Source: an uncultured delta proteobacterium
GTDB lineage: Bacteria > Desulfobacterota > Binatia > DP-6
Length of the DNA: 64,000 bases
Assembly: GCA_963815115.1 (NCBI GenBank)
Contig: CAWFFN010000005.1
Span: 1,408,001 to 1,472,000 of the forward strand
Direction: 5' to 3'
Shown: piece by piece, positions 41,201-51,046 of the stretch
Layout: each line of letters opens with the position of its first letter
Numbering within the stretch: position 1 is the first letter of the stretch
Notes under the pieces: model-generated
What the model was told of the DNA's origin: nothing
Database searches by the model: none
Seen by the model: the letters and a program-made list of their open reading frames with translations, nothing else
Made by a program: the position numbers and the translations under genes

Positions 41201-43063
41201 ATGCGATCGTCAACGAGCCTCCTGCTGACTCTCTTCCTCGTGGCCGGGGGGCTCGACGCCCGCGCCGCGAATCTGCCCGTCCCGGCCGGTGACGCCGCGG
41301 CGCTCGTGGCGGCACTGGAGACCGCGAATGCCAACGGGGAGGACGACGTGATCGTCCTGGCACCCGGTGCCACCTACTCCCTCGCGGCACCCCACCATCA
41401 GGTGACCGGCCTCCCGGAGGTGACGGGCCGCATCGTGATCCAGGGCAACGGCGCCACCATCCAGCGCACCGGCGCCACCGAGTTCCGCATCCTGGACGTC
41501 GGTTCGTCGGGCGATCTGACGCTCGACCAGGTCACCATCAAGGGCGGGAAGGTGACTTTCATCACCGCCCCACCTCCCATCTTCAGCGACGGTGGCGCAG
41601 GCATCCGCGTGCTCGGCAGTGGCAAGCTCACCATCACGAACGGCACGGTCACGCAGAACACCTGCACGGGTGCTGTCTGCTTCGGCGGCGGGATCCTGGC
41701 CTACGACGATCAGTTTCCCGAGGTGACGCTGGTCGACAGCACGGTGAGTGAGAACGCTGCGGAGAACGGCGGTGGCATCTGCCTGCGCCACAACGACCAG
41801 ATCCTGCGCCTCACGCGGACCACCATCAACGGCAACTCCGCGAACGAGGGCGGGGGCATCGCAACGTACGGTCATGACGACGTGACGATCGTCGACAGCT
41901 CGGTTCGCGGCAACTCCGTGTCGCAGACGGCCAGCAGCGGTGGAGCCCTCGGAGGCGGGATCCTCGACGTCGGCGGCGGCACCTTCATGATCAAGGGCAC
42001 GACCATCAGCGACAACCACGCGACGGCCAACCAGAACGGCGGATTCACCGCCGTCTATGGCGGAGGGATGGGCGAGAACGGCGGCGCGACGGTCACCATG
42101 ATCAACTCGACCGTGACCGGGAACTCGGTGACGAATACCGGCACCGCGCTGGCCGGCGGCGCCGGCCTGTTCTCCGAAGGCGGGGGCAAGTGGACCCTCA
42201 ACAACGTGACGATCTCGGACAACACGATGACGGCCCAGAACGGCACGGGCGGCGGACTCGAGGCAACGCGTGGCGTCTTCACCCTCCGCAATACCATCGT
42301 CGCCGGCAACAGCGCGCCGAGCCGCCCGGACTGCTCGGCGCTGGGGAGCAATCCCTCGGGCCCCATATTCGACTCGTTCGTCCTGACCGAGGGTCACAAC
42401 ATCGTCGGCAACACCACGGGTTGCGCCGGCTTCGCCGCCGCTGCCGGCGATCTGACCGGTGCGGATCCACTCCTCGCTCCCCTCGGCGACAACGGCGGCC
42501 CGACGCGGACGCGCGCCCTCCTCGCCGGGAGCCCCGCTCTCGACGCCGGCGATCCCGGACTGCCCGGCACCGAGACGGCCTGCGAGGCCACGGACCAGCG
42601 GGGCATCGGCCGTCCGCAGGGGCTGCGCTGCGACATCGGCGCGTACGAGCGCGACGTCTCCGTCACGACGACGCTCCCCTTGGCCAGCACCACGACGACG
42701 ACGCTGCCCGGGGGGTGTGCGGCCCCGCAGGCGCCGACCTTCGTTTCGATCGACTGCCGGCTCGACGTGCTGGTTGCCCGCGTGCAATCGGCGACGGACC
42801 TGGGCCGGCTCGAGCGCAGCCTCGAGGGGATCGTCACGAAGGCGCGTGCCAAGAAGATCCAGGCCGAGGAGTTCGATGCCAGGGCACGCCGGAAGCAGTC
42901 GTTGAACGCGCTCAAGAAGGCGATCGCCCGGATGAGGAGCTTCATCCACAAGCTGCGCTCGCTGCCTGGACGCAAGGTGATCCCGCTCGCGACCTCGACC
43001 GAGCTCCAGGATGCGGCCAATCCGATCCTCGCCGACATGAAGACGCTCCGCGCGGCACTCTGA
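41201..43063 (+). CDS. Secreted right-handed beta-helix protein with choice-of-anchor-Q-like region and helical C-tail
   Basis: GGGI repeats, NTIVAGN, DPLL.PLGDNGGPT.T.ALL.GSPA.DAG, DQRG..RP...CDIGAYE. Confidence 0.85.
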   Translation: MRSSTSLLLTLFLVAGGLDARAANLPVPAGDAAALVAALETANANGEDDVIVLAPGATYSLAAPHHQVTGLPEVTGRIVIQGNGATIQRTGATEFRILDVGSSGDLTLDQVTIKGGKVTFITAPPPIFSDGGAGIRVLGSGKLTITNGTVTQNTCTGAVCFGGGILAYDDQFPEVTLVDSTVSENAAENGGGICLRHNDQILRLTRTTINGNSANEGGGIATYGHDDVTIVDSSVRGNSVSQTASSGGALGGGILDVGGGTFMIKGTTISDNHATANQNGGFTAVYGGGMGENGGATVTMINSTVTGNSVTNTGTALAGGAGLFSEGGGKWTLNNVTISDNTMTAQNGTGGGLEATRGVFTLRNTIVAGNSAPSRPDCSALGSNPSGPIFDSFVLTEGHNIVGNTTGCAGFAAAAGDLTGADPLLAPLGDNGGPTRTRALLAGSPALDAGDPGLPGTETACEATDQRGIGRPQGLRCDIGAYERDVSVTTTLPLASTTTTTLPGGCAAPQAPTFVSIDCRLDVLVARVQSATDLGRLERSLEGIVTKARAKKIQAEEFDARARRKQSLNALKKAIARMRSFIHKLRSLPGRKVIPLATSTELQDAANPILADMKTLRAAL

Positions 43064-43101
43064 CGCGGAGATTCGCCGAGCCCGCGCCGGCGTATTTTTC
43101 A

Positions 43102-43115
43102 TTGACACTCGTCAA
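43102..43115. promoter_or_regulatory. CRP/FNR-type palindrome TTGAC-N4-GTCAA overlapping a TTGACA -35
   Basis: ttgacactcgtcaa, 22 bp upstream of the ATG at 43138. Confidence 0.45.
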
Positions 43116-43137
43116 ATCCGGCGGGTACGACCGCACG

Positions 43138-44877
43138 ATGTTCCCCTGCACGTTGCCCGCCCGCAGATGCAATCGTCGGCCTTTCCGCGTCACCTCCAGT
43201 GCGCTGATCGCAGCGCTGCTCGCCGTGCCGCCGGTGGCCCGGGCCGGCACGGCCACGCTCGACACCCACTTCGGGTCCGGTGGGGTGGTGACCACCGACG
43301 TCTTCGGGCAGGGCGCCGTGAACGCGCTCGCCCTGGTCACCAACGGCCCGGCGGTTCGGATCGTTGCAGCGGGAACCAACAACAACGTCACCGTCCTGGC
43401 CCGCTACCTGGCGGACGGCAGTCTCGACTCCTCGTTCACCGACCCCGGCGGCTCGAGCTCGGTGCCGGGCATCGTATTCGGCGCTCAGGGCTCCGCCGAA
43501 GCGATCATCCGCCTCGCCAATGGCAACCTGCTGACGGGGGGCGGGAACGCGTTCACGCTCAATGGATTCCTGGCAGACGGAGCATCCGTGGGGGCCGAGT
43601 CGTTCACCAGCGCCGGCGGCTTCAGCCTGGGCTCGATGCACCAGCTCATTCCGGTAGGCGACGGCACATTCCTCGCCGCCGGTGAAGGTTACGCCAACCG
43701 GTGCGCGCTCGGAAGGCTCGACTCCTCGCTGAAGCTGGATGCCACCTTCGCGGGCGGCGGGATCACGCAGCAGCCCCTCGGCGAGCTCTCCTGTCGCGGC
43801 CTGGTACGAGACCCCGGCACGGGTCAGATCTACGTCACGGCAACCCGTACCCCGGGTGGAACCAACGGCTTCGGCATTGCCCGCTTCGCCGCGTCCGGAG
43901 CCCTCGACGCTGCCTTTGGCTCGGGCGGCGTCGCGCTGATCCCGGGAAGCGACAGCTTCTCGCTGCCCCGCGCGATGATCAGGCAGCCGGACGGCAAGCT
44001 GATCGTGGTCGGGACCGCCGGGAGCGGGATCGGCGCGATTCCGAAGGCAGCGGTCGCCGCGCGCTTCAACGGCGACGGCACGCTCGATCCGGCCTTCGGT
44101 CCGGCCGGCGTCGGGGTGACTGCCTTCGGCGACCCGAGCGGGACGATCGCATTCAACGCCACCGCGGTCGTGCTGCAGGATGACGGCCGGGTGCTCGTCG
44201 GGGGCACGGCCGTCGGTCCCTCCAACGTGAAGGACGGCGCCGGCCCCAGCGCATTCGTGCTGACGCGCTTCACCGCCGACGGCCAGTACGACGTGGCATT
44301 CGGCGATGATCCCAGCGGCACGCTCGTCGTCACTCCCTTCGGCGCCGGCGTGAGCGCCGATCTCCACGCCATGGCGCTGCAGCCCGACGGAAAGCTGCTC
44401 GTGGCCGGCGAGGCCGGCACGTTGCAAACGCGGTTCGCGCTGGCACGCTACATCGTGAGCGGCGCGTCGGTCACGCCGTCGAGCAGCACGACCACCACCA
44501 CGTTGCCGGGTGGCGGTGGAGGCGGCGGTGGCGGCGGCGGCGCGAGCGGGTGCACGGGGGCCAGCAACCTCGACATCCTGCACTGCCTCTGCGCCGCGGG
44601 CGTCGGCGCGCCGTCGTGCACCGGCCAGCCGGTGCCGGCCAGCGTCGGCAGCAACTTGGTGCGCGCGTGCGCCCAGGTCGACAAGGCGCTCGGGAAACCC
44701 GCGAAGAAGGCACGCACGCTCCTGGGTCGGGGCAAGACCCGGCTCCGGCATGCGAGCGCCACGCTACGCAGCCATCGCAGCCGGGCGAAGCTCTCCGAGA
44801 CCTGCCGCGGCGACGTCGAGTCCCTCCTGGCGGAAGGGCGCACCCTGATCGACGCGTTGCGAGCCGGGGCGCCGTGA
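43138..44877 (+). CDS. Secreted delta-60-repeat beta-propeller protein with helical C-tail
   Basis: LDxxFGxGG, QPDGK(L/I)xVxG and ARFNGDGTLD repeats. Confidence 0.85.
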   Translation: MFPCTLPARRCNRRPFRVTSSALIAALLAVPPVARAGTATLDTHFGSGGVVTTDVFGQGAVNALALVTNGPAVRIVAAGTNNNVTVLARYLADGSLDSSFTDPGGSSSVPGIVFGAQGSAEAIIRLANGNLLTGGGNAFTLNGFLADGASVGAESFTSAGGFSLGSMHQLIPVGDGTFLAAGEGYANRCALGRLDSSLKLDATFAGGGITQQPLGELSCRGLVRDPGTGQIYVTATRTPGGTNGFGIARFAASGALDAAFGSGGVALIPGSDSFSLPRAMIRQPDGKLIVVGTAGSGIGAIPKAAVAARFNGDGTLDPAFGPAGVGVTAFGDPSGTIAFNATAVVLQDDGRVLVGGTAVGPSNVKDGAGPSAFVLTRFTADGQYDVAFGDDPSGTLVVTPFGAGVSADLHAMALQPDGKLLVAGEAGTLQTRFALARYIVSGASVTPSSSTTTTTLPGGGGGGGGGGGASGCTGASNLDILHCLCAAGVGAPSCTGQPVPASVGSNLVRACAQVDKALGKPAKKARTLLGRGKTRLRHASATLRSHRSRAKLSETCRGDVESLLAEGRTLIDALRAGAP

Positions 44878-45034
44878 GCGGGAGCGCGAGGGGTCACACG
44901 ACACCGGGACGCGTGCCGCTTCATCCGCGCTGTCGCTTTCCTGGGACGGCCGCGACCGTGCTATGCCGTTTGCGCGTCGGGGTGCCTCCTCCTCGTTGCA
45001 CCCGAGCCGATCGACCGACCAACGGAGGTACGAG

Positions 45035-45911
45035 ATGGCCCAGCTGAGGCGAGTGCCCGCGAGCGCGCCGGTGGACGACGTGGTTCGCGTGCTGCGTGAG
45101 GACGGCGGGGTGATCGTCGAGAACGTCATCGACCGTTCCACCGTTGCCGCGATCAACGCCGAGGTGGACGGCTACGTCGAGGCAGCCGATCCGGCGATGC
45201 GTCATCTGAACCCCGCGATCCAGTATCTTCTTCGGCGATCGCACGAAGCACGTCGGCGGCATCGCCGGGAAGTCACGCACGTTCGCCACCGAGGTCATGA
45301 TCCACCCGCTCTACCTCGGCATCTGCGATGCCGTCCTCGGCCCCTCGTGCGCGAGCTATCAGCTGAACCTCGCCCACCTGATCGCACGCGGTCCGGGCGC
45401 GGACCACCAGTATCTCCATCGCGACGAGCTGGTGTGGAACCTGGTGCCGCGCCCACATCCCGAGCTGCAGCTCGCCTCCCTCGTGGCGCTGGTCGACTTC
45501 GACACGGCGAACGGCGCGACACGTGTCGTGCCGGGCAGCCATCGCTGGGAGCTCGACCGCCATCCCGAGGACGACGAGATCGCCGACGCCGTCATGCGCG
45601 CCGGTTCGGCCGTCGTCTACCTGGGCTCGACGCTCCACGGCGGCGGCGCCAACTCGACGCTCGATCGATGGCGCCGAGGGGTCCACATCAGCTACACGCT
45701 CGGGTGGCTGCGCACCGAGGAGAACAACTACCTCGCCGTACCGCCGGCGGTCGCGCGCACCCTGCCGCGGCGCTGCCAGGAGGTCCTCGGATACGCGGTG
45801 CACGACGCCCTGCCGCGGAACGGTGGCTACCTCGGCATGGTGTCGCTGCGCGATCCACTCGAGCTGCTCGAGGACGGGACCATCGGTGGCGACCCGCGGA
45901 CGCCGCCCTGA
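45035..45911 (+). CDS. Phytanoyl-CoA dioxygenase (PhyH) family 2OG-Fe(II) enzyme, frameshift near 45228
   Basis: QYLHRDE, NGATRVVPGSH, LHGGGAN, GWLRTEEN; RBS GGAGG. Confidence 0.88.
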
Positions 45912-46246
45912 GGCAGATGCCGGCCGCGATCGAGTCGGCGCGCCCTGAGACGGGCAACCTCCGAGAACGGGGCTGGGAAACGCGGCCTCTCTGACTCACG
46001 AAGGATACAGCCACACCAGTCCCGCGATCCCAGCGCTTGCTTCAAGTACCTGTTCGATCGGCGGACACGACGAGATTGCGCCGATGCACGAGATGCCGGG
46101 CACTGCGATCGCTGGATGACGTCCTGATCCTCCAGGTGTGCTCGACGAGGGCCGGGAGGGCGCGCCCCCAGTCCAGAACCGCCGCTTGTGAAGCCATCGT
46201 CGCATGGAACCAGGCTGGCGCTAAGCTGCGTTTCGGCTAGAGATGG

Positions 46247-47302
46247 ATGGCAATGCCGGCCCGAGTCGTCCTTGGCCGGGGGGGCCTCCTCGCCGTCGCG
46301 TGCCTCGTCGCCGCCTGCTCGGTGACGCGCCAACGGGTGGATCTAGCCATGCGTGGCGATGTCCCCGCTGCGGATCGGCAGGGGAGTCGCGTCGGTTCGA
46401 AGGTCGAGCCGACGCTAGCCCGGCGGCTCACTGCCGCATTCAGATGCCCGCAGGATGGCCGCGGCGACCACGGGCCCCAGTACTGCTGGGAACTCGGAGA
46501 GCGCCCCGATCGCGAAATCGTGGGGGGCTCTCTCGGGGTAGCTGCCAGCGTGCTGCCGGGAGTGGAGTGCGCCGACTTGTGCTCGCAAAAGCACATCTCG
46601 ATCGCGCCTATAGTGGCAAAGCTCGGCCGACCACCCGAACCCGCCGAGATTGCACGCCGGCTGGCCCCGTCAGGTCCGGCCAACGACCGGCTTCGGGACG
46701 TCGTCCGCCGCGCTTACGAGGAAGCCGTCCGGACGCGCTACCGCCGCTACGCCGACTACCTGGAGCGGGAGCTTTCGGACGCAGACTATGTCGAGATCGG
46801 ACCGGTGAGCGGCAGGGGCGCGACTCGTCGCTACGGCAGCGGTCACATCTACGAGGGCCTGAACGAAGCCCTGACCGAGATGGCCGACAGCTACGCGGCG
46901 CTCGAGTGGACGCGCTTCGAACGGGAGTGGGGGCGCGCGGCCGTCCCGACCCGTGCCGGAACGTCGCATGCGGGTTCCACGCGTCCCGACTTGCCGGCGC
47001 CGACTGTGGAGCGCGACGAGACCGGCGGCGCGTCGGCACCGACCGAGCGGGTTGATAGTCAGGCGGTCCCGCCGCCCTCGACGCGCCAGGTCGACAAGGC
47101 TTCCAGCACACCCCCTTCGGCTCCCATCGCCAGGGTCGACGATGTGCCCTGCCGTCGCTCGTGCAACCTTCGCTACCGTGCTTGCCTCGCACGATGCCGC
47201 GACCAGCCGATCACCGGGGGCGAGTACGATGCGTGCGCCTACGAATGCAGCGGCGGGTCGCTCGCCTGTCGCGGCGCATGCGGCGCCGCCGCAGTACCGT
47301 AG
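46247..47302 (+). CDS. Hypothetical lipoprotein with Cys-rich (Cx3C) C-terminus
   Basis: VAAC lipobox-like; CRRSC..CLARC..CAYEC..CRGAC. Confidence 0.55.
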   Translation: MAMPARVVLGRGGLLAVACLVAACSVTRQRVDLAMRGDVPAADRQGSRVGSKVEPTLARRLTAAFRCPQDGRGDHGPQYCWELGERPDREIVGGSLGVAASVLPGVECADLCSQKHISIAPIVAKLGRPPEPAEIARRLAPSGPANDRLRDVVRRAYEEAVRTRYRRYADYLERELSDADYVEIGPVSGRGATRRYGSGHIYEGLNEALTEMADSYAALEWTRFEREWGRAAVPTRAGTSHAGSTRPDLPAPTVERDETGGASAPTERVDSQAVPPPSTRQVDKASSTPPSAPIARVDDVPCRRSCNLRYRACLARCRDQPITGGEYDACAYECSGGSLACRGACGAAAVP

Positions 47303-47308
47303 GTCCAG

Positions 47309-49006
47309 CTACCCGATCCCGTGCTGCGCCATCCGGCGATAGAGGGTCGCCCGGCTGACGCCCAGCAGCGCCGCCGCGGCCTTCCGCTCCCCGCCGGCGC
47401 GCGCGAGCGCCGCCACGATGCGCTCGCGTTCGTCGGCGGGCAGATCACCCGCGGTGGCGACGGGCGGAGCATGCTCGAGCACCTCGGACGGCAGGTCCTC
47501 GAGCTCGATTGCGGCGCCGGCGCAGTGGATGACCGCGTAGCCGAGGGTGTTCTTCAGCTCGCGGACGTTGCCCGGCCACTCGTACGCCAGCATCGCCTGC
47601 ATTGCCTCGTCGCTCACGGCATCCACGCGACGGCCGGTGAGGGCTCGCTGCTCGGAGAGGACGTGCCGGACGAGCAGCGGAAGGTCCACGCGGCGCTCGC
47701 GCAGCGGCGGCAGATGGATGCGCCCGACGCGGATCCGGTACAGCAGATCGGCGCGGAATCGGCCGACCGCGACCTCCGTCGCCAGCTCGCGGTTCGCCGC
47801 GGCGACGATCCGGACGTCCACGGGCCGAGGCTGGGTCTCGCCGATCCGCATCACCGTCCGCTCCTCGAGCACGCGCAGGAGGGTGGTCTGGACGCGCGGC
47901 GGAAGATCGCCGATCTCGTCGAGGAACAGCGTGCCGGCGCGCGCCGCCTCGAACATGCCGGTGGAGTCGGCGACCGCGCCCGTGAAGGCGCCGCGGCGGT
48001 GGCCGAAGAGCTGGCTGGCCGCTAGCTCCTCCGAGAGGCCCGCGCAGTTCACCGCGACGAACGGACCCTTCCGCCGCGTACTCTCGCCGTGGATCGCCCG
48101 CGCCACCAGCTCCTTCCCGGTACCCGTCTCACCCTCGATGAGCACCGTGACGTCGGTCGGAGCGACCTGTTTCACCAGCCGGACGACTCGCTGGATCGCC
48201 TCGCTCCGCCCGACGAGATCGTGGAAACTGCCCTGCTCGTCCAGCAGCCGGCGGAGGCCGTGCACCTCCGAGACGTCGGTGAGGAAGAATATCTTGCGCT
48301 CGGGGGCGCGTGGGTCGTCCTCGATCTCGATCTCCACCACCGAGTCGTCGGGCGAGCTGCCGGGCAGGCGGGCGACGACCTTCTGCCGCCGCGTCGGCGT
48401 CGTCCGCAGGAGCGCTTCGACGCGGCGCCGGGCGTCGCCCGATAGCCGGAGCCCTTCCGGCCAAGGGAGGTCGAGCAGCGTGCCGGGGTCGACGCCGAGG
48501 ATGCGGCCGGCGGCGGCGTTGGCGAAGACGATCCGACCAGCTGCTTCCACGAGGACGTTGCCGGTGCGCTGGACATCGAGGACCGCGAGCAGGTCGTCGT
48601 GGCTGCGTCGTAGCGCCTGATCGAGGCCATCGCGGTAGAGCGCGATCTCGATCGTCGCGTGCAGGTCGCGCTCGTCGAACGGCTTGACGATGTACCCGTG
48701 TGGCGATACGCGCTTCGCACGCTCGAGCGTCTCCGCATCGGCGAACGCGGTGACGAAGACGACCGGTACGGCGAGCTCGGCGCGCAGTCGCTCCGCCGCG
48801 GCGATGCCGTCGGCACCGTCGCGCAGCGCGATGTCCATGAGGACCAGGTCTGGTCGCACCGCGGCGGCCTGGGCGAGAGCACTGGCATACGAGTCCGCGA
48901 TGCCGACGACCTGGTATCCGAGCCGACGCAACCGGCCCTCGACGTCGAGCGCAACGACGGCTTCGTCCTCGACGACCAGGATGCGCGTTGGCTTCGTGGG
49001 GTCCAC
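47309..49006 (-). CDS. Sigma54-dependent activator (REC-PAS-AAA+-Fis HTH)
   Basis: VEDE/LMDI/KPF receiver, GETGTGKE, GAFTGA, FLDEIG, WPGNVREL, LGVSRATLYR. Confidence 0.92.
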   Translation of the reverse strand: MDPTKPTRILVVEDEAVVALDVEGRLRRLGYQVVGIADSYASALAQAAAVRPDLVLMDIALRDGADGIAAAERLRAELAVPVVFVTAFADAETLERAKRVSPHGYIVKPFDERDLHATIEIALYRDGLDQALRRSHDDLLAVLDVQRTGNVLVEAAGRIVFANAAAGRILGVDPGTLLDLPWPEGLRLSGDARRRVEALLRTTPTRRQKVVARLPGSSPDDSVVEIEIEDDPRAPERKIFFLTDVSEVHGLRRLLDEQGSFHDLVGRSEAIQRVVRLVKQVAPTDVTVLIEGETGTGKELVARAIHGESTRRKGPFVAVNCAGLSEELAASQLFGHRRGAFTGAVADSTGMFEAARAGTLFLDEIGDLPPRVQTTLLRVLEERTVMRIGETQPRPVDVRIVAAANRELATEVAVGRFRADLLYRIRVGRIHLPPLRERRVDLPLLVRHVLSEQRALTGRRVDAVSDEAMQAMLAYEWPGNVRELKNTLGYAVIHCAGAAIELEDLPSEVLEHAPPVATAGDLPADERERIVAALARAGGERKAAAALLGVSRATLYRRMAQHGIG

Positions 49007-49010
49007 GGGC

Positions 49011-50861
49011 TCAGCGCTGCGCGACCGCGGCGTGCGGTCTCTCGACCACGGGGAAGGTCAGCGTGAACCGGGTCCCGCTGTCGCCCTCGACCGACGAGAC
49101 CCCTCCCAGCTGCCGCACGAGCGCCGCGATCAGCCTCTGTCCGAGCGACCCGGGATGCTCCTGGCCATTCGGCAGCACAGGAAGCCCGACGCCGTCGTCG
49201 GCCACGACGAGGGTCGCGGAGCCGTCCCCGCAGTGGAACGCGACGGTGATCGTCCCGCTCCGGCCGTCGGGAAAGGCATGCTTCAGGACGTTCGAGAGCA
49301 GCTCGTTCAGGACCAGCCCGCAGGCGATTGCGACGTCGAGCTCCAGGGCGACCGGGTCGACGTCGAGCGTGAGCCTGACCGGCCGGCCCACCACTCCCGC
49401 CGATGCGAGCACGTTCCGCGTGAGCCCCTCGACGTAGTCGCGGAAGTCGACCCGCGCGAGATCACCCGACCTGTAGAGCTGCTCGTGGATCAGGGCCATC
49501 GAGCGGATCCGGTTCTCGCTCTCGTGGAAGAGTCGCGCGGCTTCGGGCGATGCCGAGTCTTCGGCCTGGAGGTACAAGAGGCTGGAGATCACCTGGAGGT
49601 TGTTCTTCACTCGATGATGCACCTCGCGCAGCAGTGCCTCCTTCTCGGCGAGCGAGCGGCGCAGCTCTTCCTCGACCTGCTTCCGGCGTCGGATGTCCCG
49701 CGCCACCCACACGCGGCCTTGTGGACGTCCCGCACTGTCGTGAAGGTCTCGTGGCGTGCAGACGACCGGCAGGGTCGCGCCACTCCGCGTGACCACCTCG
49801 GCCTCGCCCGGGCCGTTGGCGCCGTTGCCTGGCCCGCGAATCACCTCTCCCACGTCGCGCCCCACCAGCTCGACCTCGCTCCACCCGAGTTGCTCGATCG
49901 CGGCCTGGTTCACCGTCTGAACGCGACCCGCCGGGTCCGTGGCAATGAGCATTTCGCCCATCGACCGGATGATGTCGTCCACGTAGGACTTCGATACCGT
50001 GGTCGTTTGGAGACGCTCCGCCATCTCGTTGAACGAGGCGGCGAGCGCCCCGAGCTCGTCCGAGGAAGTCTCCGCCACACGGACCGCCAGGTCGCCGGCC
50101 CCGAGACGGTCGGCCGCGTCGCAGAGTCCCGCGATCGGACGCGCGATCGAGCGCGTGGTGAGGAACCCGAGGAGCACGGCCAGCCCGAGCGCAAACACGG
50201 TGAGCAGCGTGTTGTCACGATCGGCCTTGGCGAGGGCGGCCTCGACCACGGCGACCGCCTCGAGCAGCTCCCGCTCGGCCGCTTCCTGGTAGCCCTGGAT
50301 GAGCGGCAACAGCACGTCGACGTAGTGGGGCTCGATCCGTTGGTCGAGGTAGCGCCCCGCCGCGTCCGGGTCCGAGGGCGCGACCTCTTCGAGCTGCCCC
50401 AGCAACGATCGGTGGGCCGCGATCTCGTCGTCGAGCCGGTCGAGCCAAGTCGAGATCTCGTACCGCTCCCGTGCGCTGGCCCGGGCGTCTCCCACTTGCT
50501 CGGCCATCGCCAGCGCGCCCTCCGTGGCGCGCCGGCTCGCTTCGAGCTGTTCCTCGAAGGTGGACAGGCCGATCTCGATGGCCTTCGACTGGCCGGCGGA
50601 TCTGGGCTGCTGCGACCGCGAGCCGCGGCGCGCCGAACGTTCGCTCCATGAGGCCGACACCAGCTCCCGTGCCGCGAGCTCCGTCTCCTTGAGTGCGATC
50701 AACATGTCGACCGCCCCCACCAGCTCCTGGATGGAGTTGCGCCGCAGGTGCTCGACCTGGACCCGCACCGCGTTGTTCGCGACCGTCGAGCGCCAGCCGA
50801 CCACGCCAACGAGCGCGGCGATCCCCAGCAGGCACAGGGAGATCTTGAGCCCGATTCGCAC
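49011..50861 (-). CDS. Membrane sensor histidine kinase (HAMP-PAS-HisKA_2)
   Basis: Two TMs, DELGALAASFNEM, EVHHRVKNNLQ, NELLSNVLKHAF, DDGVG. Confidence 0.92.
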   Translation of the reverse strand: MRIGLKISLCLLGIAALVGVVGWRSTVANNAVRVQVEHLRRNSIQELVGAVDMLIALKETELAARELVSASWSERSARRGSRSQQPRSAGQSKAIEIGLSTFEEQLEASRRATEGALAMAEQVGDARASARERYEISTWLDRLDDEIAAHRSLLGQLEEVAPSDPDAAGRYLDQRIEPHYVDVLLPLIQGYQEAAERELLEAVAVVEAALAKADRDNTLLTVFALGLAVLLGFLTTRSIARPIAGLCDAADRLGAGDLAVRVAETSSDELGALAASFNEMAERLQTTTVSKSYVDDIIRSMGEMLIATDPAGRVQTVNQAAIEQLGWSEVELVGRDVGEVIRGPGNGANGPGEAEVVTRSGATLPVVCTPRDLHDSAGRPQGRVWVARDIRRRKQVEEELRRSLAEKEALLREVHHRVKNNLQVISSLLYLQAEDSASPEAARLFHESENRIRSMALIHEQLYRSGDLARVDFRDYVEGLTRNVLASAGVVGRPVRLTLDVDPVALELDVAIACGLVLNELLSNVLKHAFPDGRSGTITVAFHCGDGSATLVVADDGVGLPVLPNGQEHPGSLGQRLIAALVRQLGGVSSVEGDSGTRFTLTFPVVERPHAAVAQR

Positions 50862-51046
50862 GTTCTGGCAGACCGCATAGCAGGACGGCGCCGGGGACAC
50901 GATGCCCCACGACGCTGTCCCCTCCCGCGCGGCCAGCGTCGAACGGCGCCCGCATCGAGGGGCGTTCCACCTTGACATTGGCGCGTTCGGCCTCGAGATC
51001 GAAGGTTCGGCTTTTGCTAGGAAGGTCGTTGGTGCCCGCTACCCGC

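Noticed and set aside
45950-46240. Small ORFs between the PhyH gene and the lipoprotein
   Set aside because: No RBS, motif or codon-bias support.
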